In this document: piece after piece, positions 12,591-26,444 of the stretch | Position numbering within the stretch: position 1 is the first letter of the stretch | How the letters are laid out: every line of letters starts with the position of its first letter | NCBI GenBank assembly: GCA_951406725.2 | Contig: OX597815.1 | Coordinates: forward strand, 49,166,001 to 49,230,000 | Source: Octopus vulgaris | Lineage: Eukaryota | Length of the DNA: 64,000 bases | Direction of reading: 5' to 3' | Notes under the pieces: generated by a model | Told to the model about the DNA's origin: nothing | Database searches by the model: none | What the model saw: only the letters and a program-made list of their open reading frames with translations | Program-made: the position numbers and the translations under genes

Positions 12591-13629
12591 TATTAAAAGA
12601 GAAGATAAAGAGCACTGGAAATGATTCGGATATCAAAAAACAAGCAACGCGACTGCATTCAACGATTTTCATATTCTTTCTTTGATCGAGTGCTTTAAGT
12701 GTAGAGAAAGAAGAAATTGAACGACTGACTACAGAGGTTACATATGAGAGACATGTGACTGCATATTGAGACACCCAGTCACAATAGATAAGAGACGAAA
12801 ATAAGAGAGAGCGGGGTGGAAGAGATGTGAAAGACAAGCGTGCAACATATGTGGGGGTGGGGATGGGAAAATAGAGAAAGAAAGAGAGCAAAAGAGAATC
12901 ATAAAGTGAGACTGAGAGTATGTAAAAGACGAGGTAGATGATGCTGAGCTGTAGGAGATGTGTGAAACAAAGAACGAAATAACTATATAGAATAGTTAAA
13001 AGAAAAGATGAAAAAAAATACAAGTAAAAATTGGTTAAAGACGTAAAAGAAGGAAGGGCGTAGGTGTTAGCTGAGAAAGAAAGAGTGTAATAACTAAGAA
13101 AGGGAATACGTGTAGACGAAATCTAAGTTGTATACTGGTAAAGCATATAAAGATGTCAACATACGTCTAATCGACTTTTATCAAGCAACCCAGACAAACG
13201 ACTAACGCTATCCTTCAATACTAAACATTCTCGTCGGCTCCTGGTAATGGAACACTGCTTACTCGGTTACACTTTCAATAAAAACCGACTTCTAAGAGAC
13301 TGGGCGTGGGATTTCTGAAACATTGCAGGTAACAACTAAGGAAAGCTGTGCAAGGCAGACGTAAATGAGAACATGGCGGCATCAACAGCAACGAGAAAGA
13401 ATGACGATGACAGCTGTAGTAAGAGCAACAACAGCAACAACATCAACAGTCTGGCAATGTTCCTATACCCACGTGGTGCCAATACAATGAGCTGACTCTA
13501 TGAATAGATCAAATCAAAGATCCAACGCGTAAAATATAGAAATCCAGATTAATAAGATAAGCTGCCGTTTTGAAACAAAGGAATTCGACATGCAATCGAG
13601 TGTCAGATTAGATATCAACAAAGAAGTCT

Positions 13630-13810
13630 CTATATGGTCACACGATCTGCTAGAAAAAAACAACCAAAATTCCTTTATTCCACAAGGGAGAAGAACAACG
13701 GACCCCTAGATACACTGTGCTTTAAAAAAAAAAAGAAGACGCAATGGTCACGGTTGTAATGACGAGGATCATATATCTATTCGAGTGCAACTGACCTGAA
13801 CCTAAACAAT
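13630..13810 (+). mobile_element. Old dispersed repeat (family D)
   Basis: CTGCTAGAAA...ATGGTCACGGTTG...CTGACCTG...CTAAACAA; related reverse copies at 45615-45800, 46900-47060 and 47975-48070. Confidence 0.55.
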
Positions 13811-14179
13811 ATTACCCTTTTATGTCAGAAATAACTTTAAATTTCGTCTCTTGTTGATTGATAAGTGACAATAATTAACTGGAGCCATTTCAATAGATTT
13901 TAATCTTTCCTATTTTATTTGTGCTCAAATAGTGCTGCTGAAACTTTGAGAACAGATCAAGAGTAATACAATCCACACACACACACACACACACACACGC
14001 AAGCATATGTATGAAAAAATATATATACATACATACATACATACATACATACACACACACATATTACACAATCACACACACGCATATATATATATATATA
14101 CTGACACACACACACACACACATACATACATACATACATACATACATACATACATACATACTTACATATGAGTTGGGTA

Positions 14180-14375
14180 CTAGCAGGATACCCGGTGTTG
14201 CATGAGAAACAGAGACCTCGGGAACAATTTCTTGAAAAAGAATCATGTTAATTCCGCATGAATATATTTTTTAATTTTGATGTTTGTAACGGAGATACAC
14301 AGTTCAAAAACTATTACCCCTGACGAAACAGACAAAACAATTCTCAGAGAACGAGTTCAGATAAACAACTTTTAT
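14180..14375 (-). mobile_element. Decayed non-autonomous Helitron
   Basis: Minus-strand 3' end CTAG|T with a degenerate subterminal hairpin (plus strand CTAGCAGGATACCCGGTGTTGC), similar to 35759. Confidence 0.5.
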
Positions 14376-15472
14376 TTATTTATTTATTTTATGTTGCAAT
14401 CTTAAACATTGTCAGAAATTTATCTGGCTTCCAATAAATGAACATTCAACATAAGTTTCTGCAATACTCACGTGACAGACATATAATAAAATAAACAAAT
14501 ACTTGAAATTATATAGAAATTTGCACCACCGAATGAATACGTTTTTGTTAATTACTTTTAACTGAATAGAATTTAGTTCCCACAGTTGGCGTGCAAAGAA
14601 ATAAAGAGATATTTGAACTGAATGACAGTGAAAATATGGAAGGAAAATGAATGAATAACAAGTTTTCAATGAATAGTGTTCCCGTAATGTATATGAGACC
14701 AACTTTGAAATGGAAATTAATTTTAACGAACTGAAAACATTAAAGCGGATTTATGGATGCAAGTAACCTTAACGGCAGAACTGAGCGACTGTCAAAAGAC
14801 AGGCGAGATAACAGGAAATAGAATTAGAGAGAAATAACTCATAAGGGTTAGATATGAGTTTGATCTAAACTCATCTTAAAAGGGTAAAATCCAGATACAG
14901 TTTTAATCACTATTGTATGAAGTAACCTTCAAACAGTAAAAAATATGAGAATGTAAAAAGTCCATACTTATTTTACCATAGGTACTGAAAAAGTACCCTT
15001 AAATGGATCGTGTCAATAATACGAGACCTCTTCTTCCAATGTGTATGTGTGTGTAGATAGATAGATAGTTAGATAGACAGACAGAGATATATTACATATT
15101 CTTTTATACGTTTCAGCCCCAATGACTGCGTCCATGCAAGGGCATATACATTATATATATTTCTTCGTATTTTCCTTCGAGGAGGAGAGCGATAAGAGAA
15201 AGAAATAATGAGTAGAAATGTGTAACCATTACGACGGGATTTCGAATATTTTAGGATGAATTTAGACACCTAGTTGTATATAGATTCAATTTAATCGTGA
15301 GAAACTTTCAGAATGGAGATACTAAATATTAACATTGATTGAATTTTGAGGCGTTCGTCTTGTAGTTTTTGAGTAAATCTGGCTGAGTCAACCAGAGATG
15401 CATTCATAAATATGCAATGGGATTTAGCAATATTTCGGCCACGAAAGAAAGCCCACCAAAACATTAATCACT

Positions 15473-15845
15473 GTGTATGTTTGTGTGTATGCAATGTACG
15501 CATGTATGTAATGTATGTATGTAATGTATGCATGTATGTATGTAATGGATGTATGTAATGTATGCATGTAATGTATTCATGTAATGCATGTCTGTAATGT
15601 AAGTATGTATGTAATGTACGTATGTAATGTATCTATGTATGCAATGCATGCATGTATGTATATAATGTGTGTATGTAATGTATGTAATGAAATGTATGTA
15701 TGTAATGTATATATGTAATGTATGTAATAAAATGTATGTATGTAATGTATATATGTAATGTATGTAATGAAATGTATGTATGTAATGTAGGTATGTAATG
15801 TAGGTATGTAATATAGGTATGTAATGTATGTATGCAACGTATGCA
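15473..15845. repeat. Compound (TGTAA/TGTA) minisatellite
   Basis: Recurrent TATGTAATG units. Confidence 0.9.
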
Positions 15846-16790
15846 TGAACGAAATAGCTTAAAGAATGGAAGACAGCACTGGAAATAAAAAAAATTATGG
15901 TGGGGGCGGTTATCAACTGCGACCACTGACTCCAAAATGTCAGTGTATTGACGAAGTGTTTCGCGTGGGCAGACGAATCCCAGTCGGCGAGCTTGCTGCA
16001 CAACTGTATTGTGGTCACAACGCATTGCAAAAAATGGCGGAAAACTTTGGACGTCAGAAAATGTACACAATATGAGTACCTCAACAGTTGATACCTGGTG
16101 ATTTGAAATTGAGAAGTGTGGAAATCTGCTCTGAATTGCTGGAAACGTTTCAAGCTAATAAAGACACGTTTTTTTTTTTGTTTTTTTTGTATGTTTTTTA
16201 TCTTCTCTTTTTAGGTCTAGTGACAAATGAGAAATACGCGGGTGTATCTATGTGGTCCGAAAACGATGCCTCAGTCCGTGGAATAGTGTCGCGCCGCCAA
16301 AGCCTAGAAAATTCTAGAGACAGTGATCTGCAAAGAAAGCAACTGTTTTGGAGAATAACATGGCGTCATCCTACGTGATTTTCTGGAACGAGGCTGTATC
16401 TCGAGCAGCGAAGGTTTCATTGAGACACTGAAAATACTTAAAGACGCTACTAGGCGGAAGAGACCGAAAAGGAATCTGAAAGCGGTCCACACTCACTATC
16501 AGACAAATCTGCAGCAATAAATCCAGCGATCGGTAAACTGGGTTACTGAATGGGTCCCCATCTGTCATACAGTTCGGAAATGGAGATCGAAACTAGCCCC
16601 TGTTTGATCCAATGAAACACACTCGTCAAGAACATGATTTGGTGACATAGACGAGATAAAAGTGGCTCTGAAGAAGTGGCTGCAACCGTGCACACCTGAT
16701 TTTATTCAAAAATAGGGTTTGAGAGTTAGGTTCAACGATGTTGCAAATACATATTTTGTGATGGACAGTATGTTGAATTGTACGTTTGTT
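15846..16790 (+). pseudogene. Decayed mariner (Tc1/mariner) transposase
   Basis: Frameshifted peptides IDEVFRVGRRIPVGELAAQL..GHNALQKM, VPQQL (WVPREL-like), SVEICSELLETF, GVILRDFLERG...FIETLKILKDATRRKRP, KKWLQ and DGQYVE, in mariner order. Confidence 0.8.
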
Positions 16791-16894
16791 TAGAGAAATA
16801 CATTTCTAACATGTGCGAGGTGAACGACCTACACCAATAAACAAAGCATTATGCCCACTTTCGCATTAATTTTGGTCCAACTCCCCTGTGCGCA

Positions 16895-16950
<56 letters not shown>

Positions 16951-16954
16951 GCAC

Positions 16955-16993
<39 letters not shown>

Positions 16994-17333
16994 CACACAT
17001 ATATATACATATACCTACATACACACGCGCGCGCGCACACACATATATATGGGTGTTATTCTGTCATAAATATTGAAGAATTCCATAACATATTGAATAA
17101 TGTTAGACACTAATTTATGTATTATCTTATCTGCTGGTGCGTAAGCAGCTGCTAAATTGCTTGTAATTCTCGGAGAATATGAGAGTAGACTGGATGGTTA
17201 AGCCTGTCCGCTAAAGAGATGTTAATACTTGTACTTTTTTCAACAGTTGAATTCGGTCAGAATCTCTGTGTGTGTATTTGTACATACATTCATATATGCA
17301 TATATTCACATATATGTTTTATGTGCGTGTGTT

Positions 17334-17376
<43 letters not shown>

Positions 17377-17377
17377 T

Positions 17378-17545
17378 AGGTGCATGGCCTAGCGGTTAGG
17401 GTGTTGTACTTACGATCGCAAGATCATGGTTTCGATTTCCAGACCAGTTGTACGTTTTTGCTTGATTAAAAACACTTCGTTTACGTTGCTTCAGTCTTCT
17501 CAGCTGTTAACCATGCGAGGGGCAGTGCTGGCCCTCGTCCCTGCC
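17378..17545 (+). mobile_element. tRNA-derived SINE family C (diverged)
   Basis: TGGCCTAGCGGTTAGGG (A box) and GGTTTCGATTTCC (B box), followed by ACACTT...ACGTTGCTTCAGT...CTCAGCTG shared with 25879-26215. Confidence 0.7.
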
Positions 17546-17744
17546 TAGCAAGCGGGTTGGCATCATTCGAAAGATACAATAATTTGAGACAGAAGATTGT
17601 GCTACGCTTTGATAATTTTTGATATTTTGACATCTAAAGCAGCTGGACGTACGATAGTTTGACCAAAAGAACCGGCTATTGCAAGCAAAAATAAAAGCTG
17701 AAAAAAATATATTTGGCCAAATTTGGACATGCGACAGTTTAACA

Positions 17745-17949
17745 CATATATATGCATATGTATATACATATAAATAATATATATATAAATAATATATATA
17801 TAAATAAATAATAAATATATATATATATATATAAATAATAAAAATATATAAATATATATATATAATAAAAATATATAAATATATATATATATATACAAAA
17901 ATATATATATATAAATAATAAAAAATATATATAAAAATATATATATATA

Positions 17950-18024
<75 letters not shown>

Positions 18025-18335
18025 GTATATATATTTTATATATATATATATAAATAATATATATATATATATATATATATATGCATATACATACATATGC
18101 ATAAATACATAAATATACATATATACATATATACGTATATACATATATGTACACACTCACATACATATATATATACATACGTATGTATATATACATATAC
18201 GTGCATATAAATAATATACATATGCATATATATACATATATAAATAATATATATATATATGCATATATACATACACACACACACATATATATATACATAC
18301 ACACACACACACACACATATATATATATGTATGTG
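17745..18335. repeat. Long degenerate (TA)n tract
   Basis: Direct inspection; abuts the 3' end of the Penelope-like element. Confidence 0.95.
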
Positions 18336-19660
18336 TAAAGTAACAGTTTAGAAAAAAAACATTGGTTTCATATCTAGCGTAAACTAGAAATATCTTCAGT
18401 TTCTCTAAACGATAACTGTTCTCTGCAAAGAATATTTTTTAAAACACAAGAACGCCGGTGTTCAAGAAATATTCCTCTTAAAAAATTATGGCCGAGCGCT
18501 TTGTCTTCACTTGATGGCTAAGTTTTCCAATTTTGAAGAAAAAATTTCCGAAAATATGGACAACTCCCTACGGCTTCCATCCTAGAATTCAGGTAGCATC
18601 GTGGCTCATGTGAATTCATAAGGATTATATATATTTTCTGCCATACACAATTTACATAGTTTTGTTCCATTGCGATAGGGCCCACAAATTTCCAATAATT
18701 TCTACCTGATGTTAAAGGGCGTATGATCGTCCTTTAGGCGCTATACGTATTCTGCGAGTGTCGTTGTGTTGCGTCTCTCCGGAACCCTGAAAGAAGATCT
18801 GTGGTTGTTCAGGCGAATTTTAAATTTGGATTCACAAGATCCGACATAAATTTTAGTGTGTGTCCCTGTGTTGGCATTGATGTTATTGATATTTGTGCTG
18901 CTTCTGTTTGAGGCTACCGTTGCTTGGTTCACTGTAGCCTCGGTGTTACATCAATTGTCTACTGGGCATTCATTTCTAATCCTGCATAAACAACCTGCCA
19001 CTGTCCGTGGTTTAAGAGTGCTAAGTAATTTTTTCTTAACATTGGGTGCACAACTGAAAAAGATTCTTATATTATGCCTTTTTAAAGACCTTTCTGTATT
19101 TGTGCGACCACGGGAAATGTTTATCAACCAACCTAAGAAAAATCTTATCTATGCATGTCCGGATGTTTAGGGAGAAGGGGGAGCGAAGGGGTCTTGCAGT
19201 TGCGTTTCCTTTTATGGTTACTCGATCCTAATATATGTGCTATATGGTCCTTGAACCCGCTGGCCGCTAGTGCCTCATTGTAAGTGGGAGCCGCTGCGTT
19301 GAAAATATCTTCATTTGAAGATAAGATCGAAATCCATTTACTGATACCTTTTATTAGGTTTTTGAACACTATGGGTGGGTGGCAGGAGGCTGTATTAATG
19401 TATGATAGCCTATCATTCGGTTTGCAGTATGGTCTGTAGGTGCCACTATCTAAATCAAGTGTGACATCCAAGAAGTTCACCACGGTGAGATTAGTCTCTA
19501 TGGTGATTTGAAGGCCAAGGTTGTTGAGGATGTGCATGATGTCTTTTCTAAGCCTATCTAGAGTATGGCCGTTAGTGCCTCTGGAGACAGCTAAGGCATC
19601 ATCTCTATATAAGCCGAAGTGGACAGAGGGAAATTTATTACCCAGGGTGTCCAGAATGTA
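18336..19660 (-). mobile_element. 5'-truncated Penelope-like retroelement (RT C-half, Cys-rich linker, C-terminal GIY-YIG endonuclease, terminal repeat)
   Basis: FGLYRDDAL...VNFLDVTLDL...YRPYCKPND..SYINTASCHPP (ORF 19145-19735); CLCRIRNECP linker near 18960-18990; KIYVGSCESKFKIRLNNHRSSF (18741-18932); CKLCMAE...LNSRME further 3'; frameshifts and stops present. Confidence 0.9.
18346..18410 (-). ncRNA. Hammerhead-like motif in the Penelope 3' terminal repeat
   Basis: Minus strand GUUUAGAGAAA-CUGAAGA-UAUUUCUAG uuuacg CUAGAUAU-GAAAC-caau-GUU-UUUUUUCUAAAC. Confidence 0.65.
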
Positions 19661-20799
19661 TATATGGGTATAGAACGTCACCAACAGTGAACAATACGAA
19701 ATATTAAAACAAATGAGTTCAATACAACGAAACAAATGGAAAACAGGGCAGGTGACACAAAAAAACGACCCTTCATCAGTTATCGGCTGTCTAACTGCTC
19801 CTCATTTCGAGCATTGAACGACAATGTGAGTCTTCGAAGACAGTTGCTCCCATAAGTACCAAAATAAAATTCTGGATTTATGGAGGGTCAAAATTGGAAA
19901 CAAAAACAGGATAGTGAAAACATACAAGGAAACCGAACGAAAGCAAACATGGAGGGTCGTTAGAAGAGAACGAGGGTAAAATAGCGAACGCTGGAGATAT
20001 ATTTTCTTTGAAAAGAGAAATGATAGAAGAGAGAGATAGAATACGTCCAGTCCTTAGGACAGACCTGAAAGGAAAAAAGATGATCACGTGAGGAAAAGAA
20101 AGACAGCCGTTGTCTTTAACATCTAGGACAAGATAATTTGTCAGTGATAGTTATACCCATCTACGCGCTGAACAAGGAAGAACTAACTAAAACACTTCTA
20201 ATCCAACCACATACACCATATACAATACGTACCGCATATTTATGTATAAATGCACACACACACACACACATATATATGTATATGTACGTGTAACTCTCTT
20301 TTTATATATATGTGTGTGTGTGTTTGTATGTACGTATGCATCTATGTATAAGCACTGAGAATGTGCTTGGTAAAATTTGAAAAATGTTCATCTACTGTTG
20401 CAAAAGAAAGAAATTAATAAAATTTATCAGAAAATTATTTCTTTTGACGATAAATCATGTCAAGTGTGCGGATCATAGGAATTGAGTTCAGTATATTACT
20501 GCTAGGATTTTATCATTCCTTTGGTAGTTTTCCCTAATCTCAATATGATCGAATAACACTGAGAGTAATACAGTATCTGTCTATGGTTGTGTCTTCTGTT
20601 CAAATTAACATGCAATATATAGGGGAAGTTTCAACAGCACAAAAATAAAATCACTGTAGATATCAAAGAAACGGTCTTGTATTTCAGTCTCTCTCTCTAG
20701 TTTTGGATAACAATTTTCGTAATTAATGTAGCTACAAAGTCTCAGTTTCACAATCACTAATGATCTATCATTCTTGGCGATTTCATTATTCTTAACACT

Positions 20800-21270
20800 G
20801 TATAAACCAAGACTACCTCCTCTTCAACAGCACATGTGGTACCATTAATGGATACTATTCCTACATCTTGGGCAATGCTGCTGTTACACATACAAACAAC
20901 CCTGGACAACATCCAAAAGGAAACTATCCAGCTTATTAGCAAGGACTCACTTACCAAAACACAACTTCTCACCAATCTACATACACCATATGCAGTCTTT
21001 ATTGTACTTTGACTGAATTTTCTACTGCTGTTTCAACGGTCTCCGCTTCCCAGAACTAGCAAAGTTTGCTCGATACACTTGTCTTTCTTCCTATTGTAGC
21101 CCATGTTATGTCTTTCTTCACTTCCCTGCACTAATCATAACACTCGATCCTTTCGCTTCAGAATGCCAACTGCTTCGAAATTTCCTTGCCCGCCAACAAT
21201 TTTTTTACCCTCAGACATATAATTGCAGTTGTTGAAAGTGCACGTCAGCAATATCGAGTTTATCAGTTTC
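20800..21270 (+). mobile_element. Highly decayed CR1/L2-group LINE 3' fragment
   Basis: Broken peptides TLDNIQKETIQLI, CFNGL..PELA, and a WN.LP...YNLQLFK-like end. Confidence 0.45.
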
Positions 21271-22271
21271 CTTATTTCATCGACTCTTAGAAGATAAATC
21301 TTTGCATGCCATCCTTTCGTGTGGTAGGGGCAATAAAATAAAATGCTAAAGAACATTCGACTTGTTGCGAAGCCAGAGATCATGCTCTTGCTTGTTTCTG
21401 GACTGATTGGCTTTGTAGGTGAGAGTCTTAGCGGTGTTGTGCAAGCTGCTATTCACTTTCAGTTTCAGCCCCGGCATTGCTGACAGCCATTGCATTTAAC
21501 ATCTAGGACGAAATAATCTGTCAGTGATGGTCATACCCGTCTACGAGTTGACAGCCACATGTATGTGATTTCACAGAGTGAAGTACTGGGATCGATTTAA
21601 TCATCTGTCCTCTCCCTCGAATATATATTTTTATCGTTTAGTTAGAGGAAAGGGAGCGCTCATAATCTTAACTTTTTTCAGATCCTCATAGTCATTTGGT
21701 GAGAAATAAGGAAGTTATACTCAAGTCAGTGATTTGGCCTGAATGTAAGCAATAGAGCGAACTTTGACAAGGGTACCCAAACAACGGGTAGTGGTGTTGA
21801 ACACGACAACAAATTAACTCTACTACCCATGGTTTGGGTCAACATTAGATATATCAATAATAAAGTGCTTAAAAATCTCAGAAATATGTATCAAACACCA
21901 TGTCAGGGTGGTAACCATGTCATAATCTGAAGAGTGGCGGTCAAAATACTGTATAGTATTTTACTGACTCTACATTTCAAGTTCAAAATCTTTCTGTGTT
22001 TGACTGGCAAATGTATGGCCCTATGATAGCTTTTTTTTTAAATAATAAAATCCTTGTGAGATAAATAAATGAAGCTGAGTTCTAGAGGATTGTCTATATT
22101 TCATGTTCTCCTTGAATTATCTTTCCGGCGTCAAGTGTGGTAGATATCTTATAGCTGAATATCCTGACTGTGGACATAAATAATTTTTAAAACTGATGTC
22201 GGGTTATAGTCCCAGATCAGTACTGAGTAAACCTGTGGTCAAGGGTTATTTATGTATCTTACATTCTGACA

Positions 22272-22520
22272 TTGGACCACACAAGGACCTGCTGAAAATT
22301 GTGAAGACGAAGAAGCAGAAGCTCTGGCCTAGAAAAGACAATCTTGCAAGGCACAGTGGAAGGTGGACGAAAGCAAGATATGCCAAAGAAAAGATGGGCA
22401 TATAATATCAACGAGAGGGCAGGCCTTAAATTCACCGACTCACAGAGAAGAGCAGAGGACCAGGAGAGGTAGCGACATCCGGTTGCGACATCAAGAACAC
22501 GAACAAAGGATAAGATAAGA
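22272..22520 (+). mobile_element. RTE-clade LINE 3' end
   Basis: GPHKDLLKIVKTKKQK / SGLEKTILQGTVEGGRKQDMPKKRWAYNI...RAEDQER*R, typical RTE C-terminus; GATAA-repeat tail. Confidence 0.8.
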
Positions 22521-23464
22521 TTTTCAGATATATTCTAGATATATCTTCGATACCGTTACGCGGTTTTGTAAGACTGTGTGAGTGGGAAAATTTTTGGTTG
22601 TAATTTTTGTAAGGTCAAGCGATCACATAGGGGTTTTCTCTTTAGCTCAAGTAAAATATGAACAACTGTTTTTAATGTGACTTCTATTAGAAAATGTTTC
22701 TGGGATGCTTTCTACAGGATTAAGATATCATAAAGTGCAAGCTAACATACTTACTTTGGTTTGCTCAAAATAAAATTTAATCAATTAAAGCAAATGCACT
22801 TATGTTAATAACAATTATCTTCCAGTAAAACAAGGGGGAGAACTCTGAAATTTCAGACAGTAAAGATTAAGTAAAAATTTAGTTAGGGAACTCTGGACAT
22901 ATCTCTGTTTTATTGGACTATCTCATTAGAAAGCTTACTTTCCTAGATGTAACGCTTTCCCTGCTCAGGTTTTGGGAGTCGCTATTCTCTGGTATAGATT
23001 GCTTTATAAGTGATTTTTCTGTTCTGTTCATTGTAGTTATATATCTAAGGAATGTTCAACATTATTACAAAAAACAAAACAAAAAAAAACCCAACAGCAA
23101 CAACAAGTATTCTAAACCTAGAGACAAAAAAAATAAATATTTGAAATCTTCTGCTGTGTCTTCTCTAAATTATCTAAGAAAACAGATCATATTCTTCTAA
23201 AACAGACCACATTCTTTTAAACAAGTTATTTTTATCTAAGATTGGAAATAAATAGAAATTTAAATTACAGATTTCATATTTCTTCCTATTTTTCTCTTAT
23301 TCTTAAATTTTCTTTCATTTTTCTTTTATTTATTTATTTATTTTTCTTCTTCATCTTCCAGTTTATTCTCATTTTTGTTTCCTAGTCAGTATTGATCGCT
23401 TTAGTTCTTTGAGTGGATTAGTGTTTTTAATTATCTCAATGTCATGGAAAATATCATGATATGA

Positions 23465-23500
<36 letters not shown>

Positions 23501-24020
23501 ATGCATGCGTGAGTATGTGTATGTGTATGAGAAAGAAAGAGAGACAGAGAGAGATAGAGAGACAGGGAGGGAGAGAGTGAGTGTGTGTATATGTGGATGA
23601 GCGTATACGTCAGTGTAATTGGAAAAGCACGTGCTGTTTTTCGTCTGTAGAAACAGTCTAAAGAAGCATGACATTTCAGAAAGAAAACGACTGCATGAAT
23701 TGGTTTTACTAGGTTTTAATCTGAAATAGGAGATCTGAACAAAAACAAGAAGTTCTCATGGGGAAACGCCATAAGATGCCATCAGTTGAACAGATTTATG
23801 GCTCAATCTAAATATTGCATGCTATCAAGGATAGTTTTGCTAATAAGCTAGATTGGCAGTCTAGTGGTGTTTTCAAGATTGATTGGCGTTTGATTTCTGT
23901 CCAGTGTTCATCAATGAACTATTCGCTGATAACATTATTATCAGTTGTTCATTTTGTGTGAATTATACTGAGTAATAAGTTGGGTGTCGTGTAACCTAAG
24001 TTGGAGAGCAGAGAGGAAGC

Positions 24021-24226
<206 letters not shown>

Positions 24227-24410
24227 CTGTTGCTGTTATTACATCATGATGATAAGTAACCGAGAAGTGAGTAATGAGTAAAGGGACAGTACAGAAGGAA
24301 GGTGAACTCGTGGTTAAACAGATGCATTTGGAATCTAAGTTTAGAGATACTGAGTTCAAGATCATCCCCAAAGAAAAAAAACTGGTTTCGTCTCCTATAC
24401 TGATGAAGTG

Positions 24411-24412
<2 letters not shown>

Positions 24413-24481
<69 letters not shown>
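24413..24481. repeat. (GA)n microsatellite
   Basis: Direct inspection. Confidence 0.97.
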
Positions 24482-24486
<5 letters not shown>

Positions 24487-24679
24487 GAGGAGAGATTTAA
24501 ATGAATTTTAGTCTTACTAATTAGTCTTGAAAAGTATCTTTATCAAATTTTCCTGAGTTGCTGATATTGGTATTTAGCTCCAAGTAAGGATCTGATCAGG
24601 ATTGTTGAAGCTGGGCTTATCCTGTACTCTTTCAATATAAAGTCTCTTTTGGACCACATTATTCAATGTGTGCTACTTT

Positions 24680-25278
24680 GTATTCAAATATGCCAAAATA
24701 GTCGACAATATGCTAGAGAACTTTCAAAAATTGGGAGCAAATATGAGTATGCAGCTGAACTATCTCCATAGTTACATTAATAAATTCCCCGAAAATATTG
24801 GCGACACAAGTGACGAGCATGGAAAACGTTTCCATTACATCAATAAAACACAGGTATCAAGGCAGATAGGGCTTGCCTATGATGGTTGATTAGTGCTGGA
24901 ACTTGACTTATGATCTTTCTGAGGTTTAGCACTCAAAAAAATCATCCAAACGCAAATTCACGGGAAATTAGGCATAAACAATGATGTAATTTGTCGGTAG
25001 AAATTTTAAAATTTCTATTAGTTTCCAGTAGAATATTGGGAAAATATTCTGGTTTTGAAGAAAATTCAATTTCTATAAGTTTGTATGATCTGCCTTGTTC
25101 CTCATAAGCAATTTTACTGAAACGATAATGAAATTTAATGGATCCAACATCTTAAAATCTTGACGTGGTGGTAATAAAGGTATGTCATTTTCAAATTCTG
25201 TATGCCAAAAGACCCCCTAGTTCAGGTTAACTTTTCTTGACAACAGAGATTTTTCGTTTTCTTTTATGTTGGACTGTG
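24680..25278 (+). mobile_element. 3' part of a Chapaev3-type (CMC) DNA transposon
   Basis: MLENFQKLGANMSMQLNYLHSYINKFPENIGDTSDEHGKRFH then RYQGR...MVD*CW, matching the MSLK.HFLHSH..FFP.NLG.VSDE.GERFHQ motif; terminus ...TGTTGGACTGTG followed by TAA. Confidence 0.75.
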
Positions 25279-25878
25279 TAATTATCGGCACATTTGGTTA
25301 TGTGGATAAATGTTTAAGTGACAAACTGGCAAAACTAAGATTTTCATGTAAAGAAAAGAAACTTGCTAACTTCCACGAGAAACAGTAAAAATAGGTTATC
25401 AAAATTCCAGCGATTAAACTGTTTCTTTGTTCCAAACCATATCTTCCATTCTAGAAAAATTCTAATAAAAGACAAAAAAAAAAAAAAAGAAAGAAAGAAT
25501 TCGCACACCACGCACAATCATACAAAATTTTATTGGTTGATGTAAGTAAATATATATATATGTACACACACACACGAAGGCAGGTATGTATATACATAAA
25601 AGAAAGAAAATTTTCTTTAATTTTGGCATCGAGTTTGATTTCTTCATGCAATTAGATTTACACTACCACAAGAGATATTCAATCTGAAAATTAGCGTTAT
25701 TTACCATAGGTAACTGACTGTCACAAATCGAGGTCTTTGTATAATTAATCAGTACTTGATGTGTATTACGTTCTTTCTAAGTTTTTCTTCGAAAGAAGTA
25801 TCATCATGCTATACATTCATGGTATCAGCAGAAACAGAGCTCTCTTGGAGTTTTATGAACATTACTATGCATGTATAT

Positions 25879-26215
25879 GCTGAGACCCCTTTCGACCATG
25901 ACTGACCATGGGATTGCACCTAGAAAGTTACCCTCTCAGGCACAAGTCCGGGCAAGGTTGTTTATGGAAGACCAGCAGTCGCCCATGCATACCGGCCTCT
26001 CCTCTCCATGCCACCAATGCTATCCAAGGGAAAGGCAAAAGCCGATACAACTTGGTAACTGTGACGTCGCAACTCATTTCTACAGCTGAGTGAACTGGAA
26101 CAACATGAAATAAAGTGTCTTGCTCAAGAATACAACACGCAGCCCGGTCCGGGATTCGAACTCATAATCTCATGATCGTAAGATCGACGCTCTAGCCACT
26201 CAGCCAAGTGCTTTC
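25879..26215 (-). mobile_element. SINE family C, full length with 14-bp TSD
   Basis: Minus-strand TGGCTGAGTGG (A box) and GAGTTCGAATCCC (B box); TSD ACTATGCATGTATA at 25864-25877 and 26216-26229. Confidence 0.9.
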
Positions 26216-26444
26216 ACTATGCATGTATACCAAATGTTTAATCAATTTTCTGTAGGGATATTTTTTCTGTGCGTGTTTATGTATATGTGCATGTATTAAA
26301 AAATAAAAGAATTGTAAAATATATAATATGGTATAAACGATGCAAACATTATCTGATCTGATAGGGAGCCCAATATTTGGAATAGAGTGGAAATATATAA
26401 CTAATATATTTATTACATATTTTTATTTATAAACACATATCTTT

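Noticed and set aside
13374-13496. Short ATG-led ORF MAASTATRKNDDDS...
   Set aside because: About 40 codons of low-complexity AAC/AGC sequence, no homology or splice support
17378-17450. tRNA gene (also the heads of SINE A, B and C)
   Set aside because: A and B boxes run into SINE bodies; no complete cloverleaf with acceptor stem
19770-19812. Minus-strand GAAA...CUGAUGA as a permuted hammerhead
   Set aside because: Both core strings are present, but I could not place a valid stem III and NUH triplet
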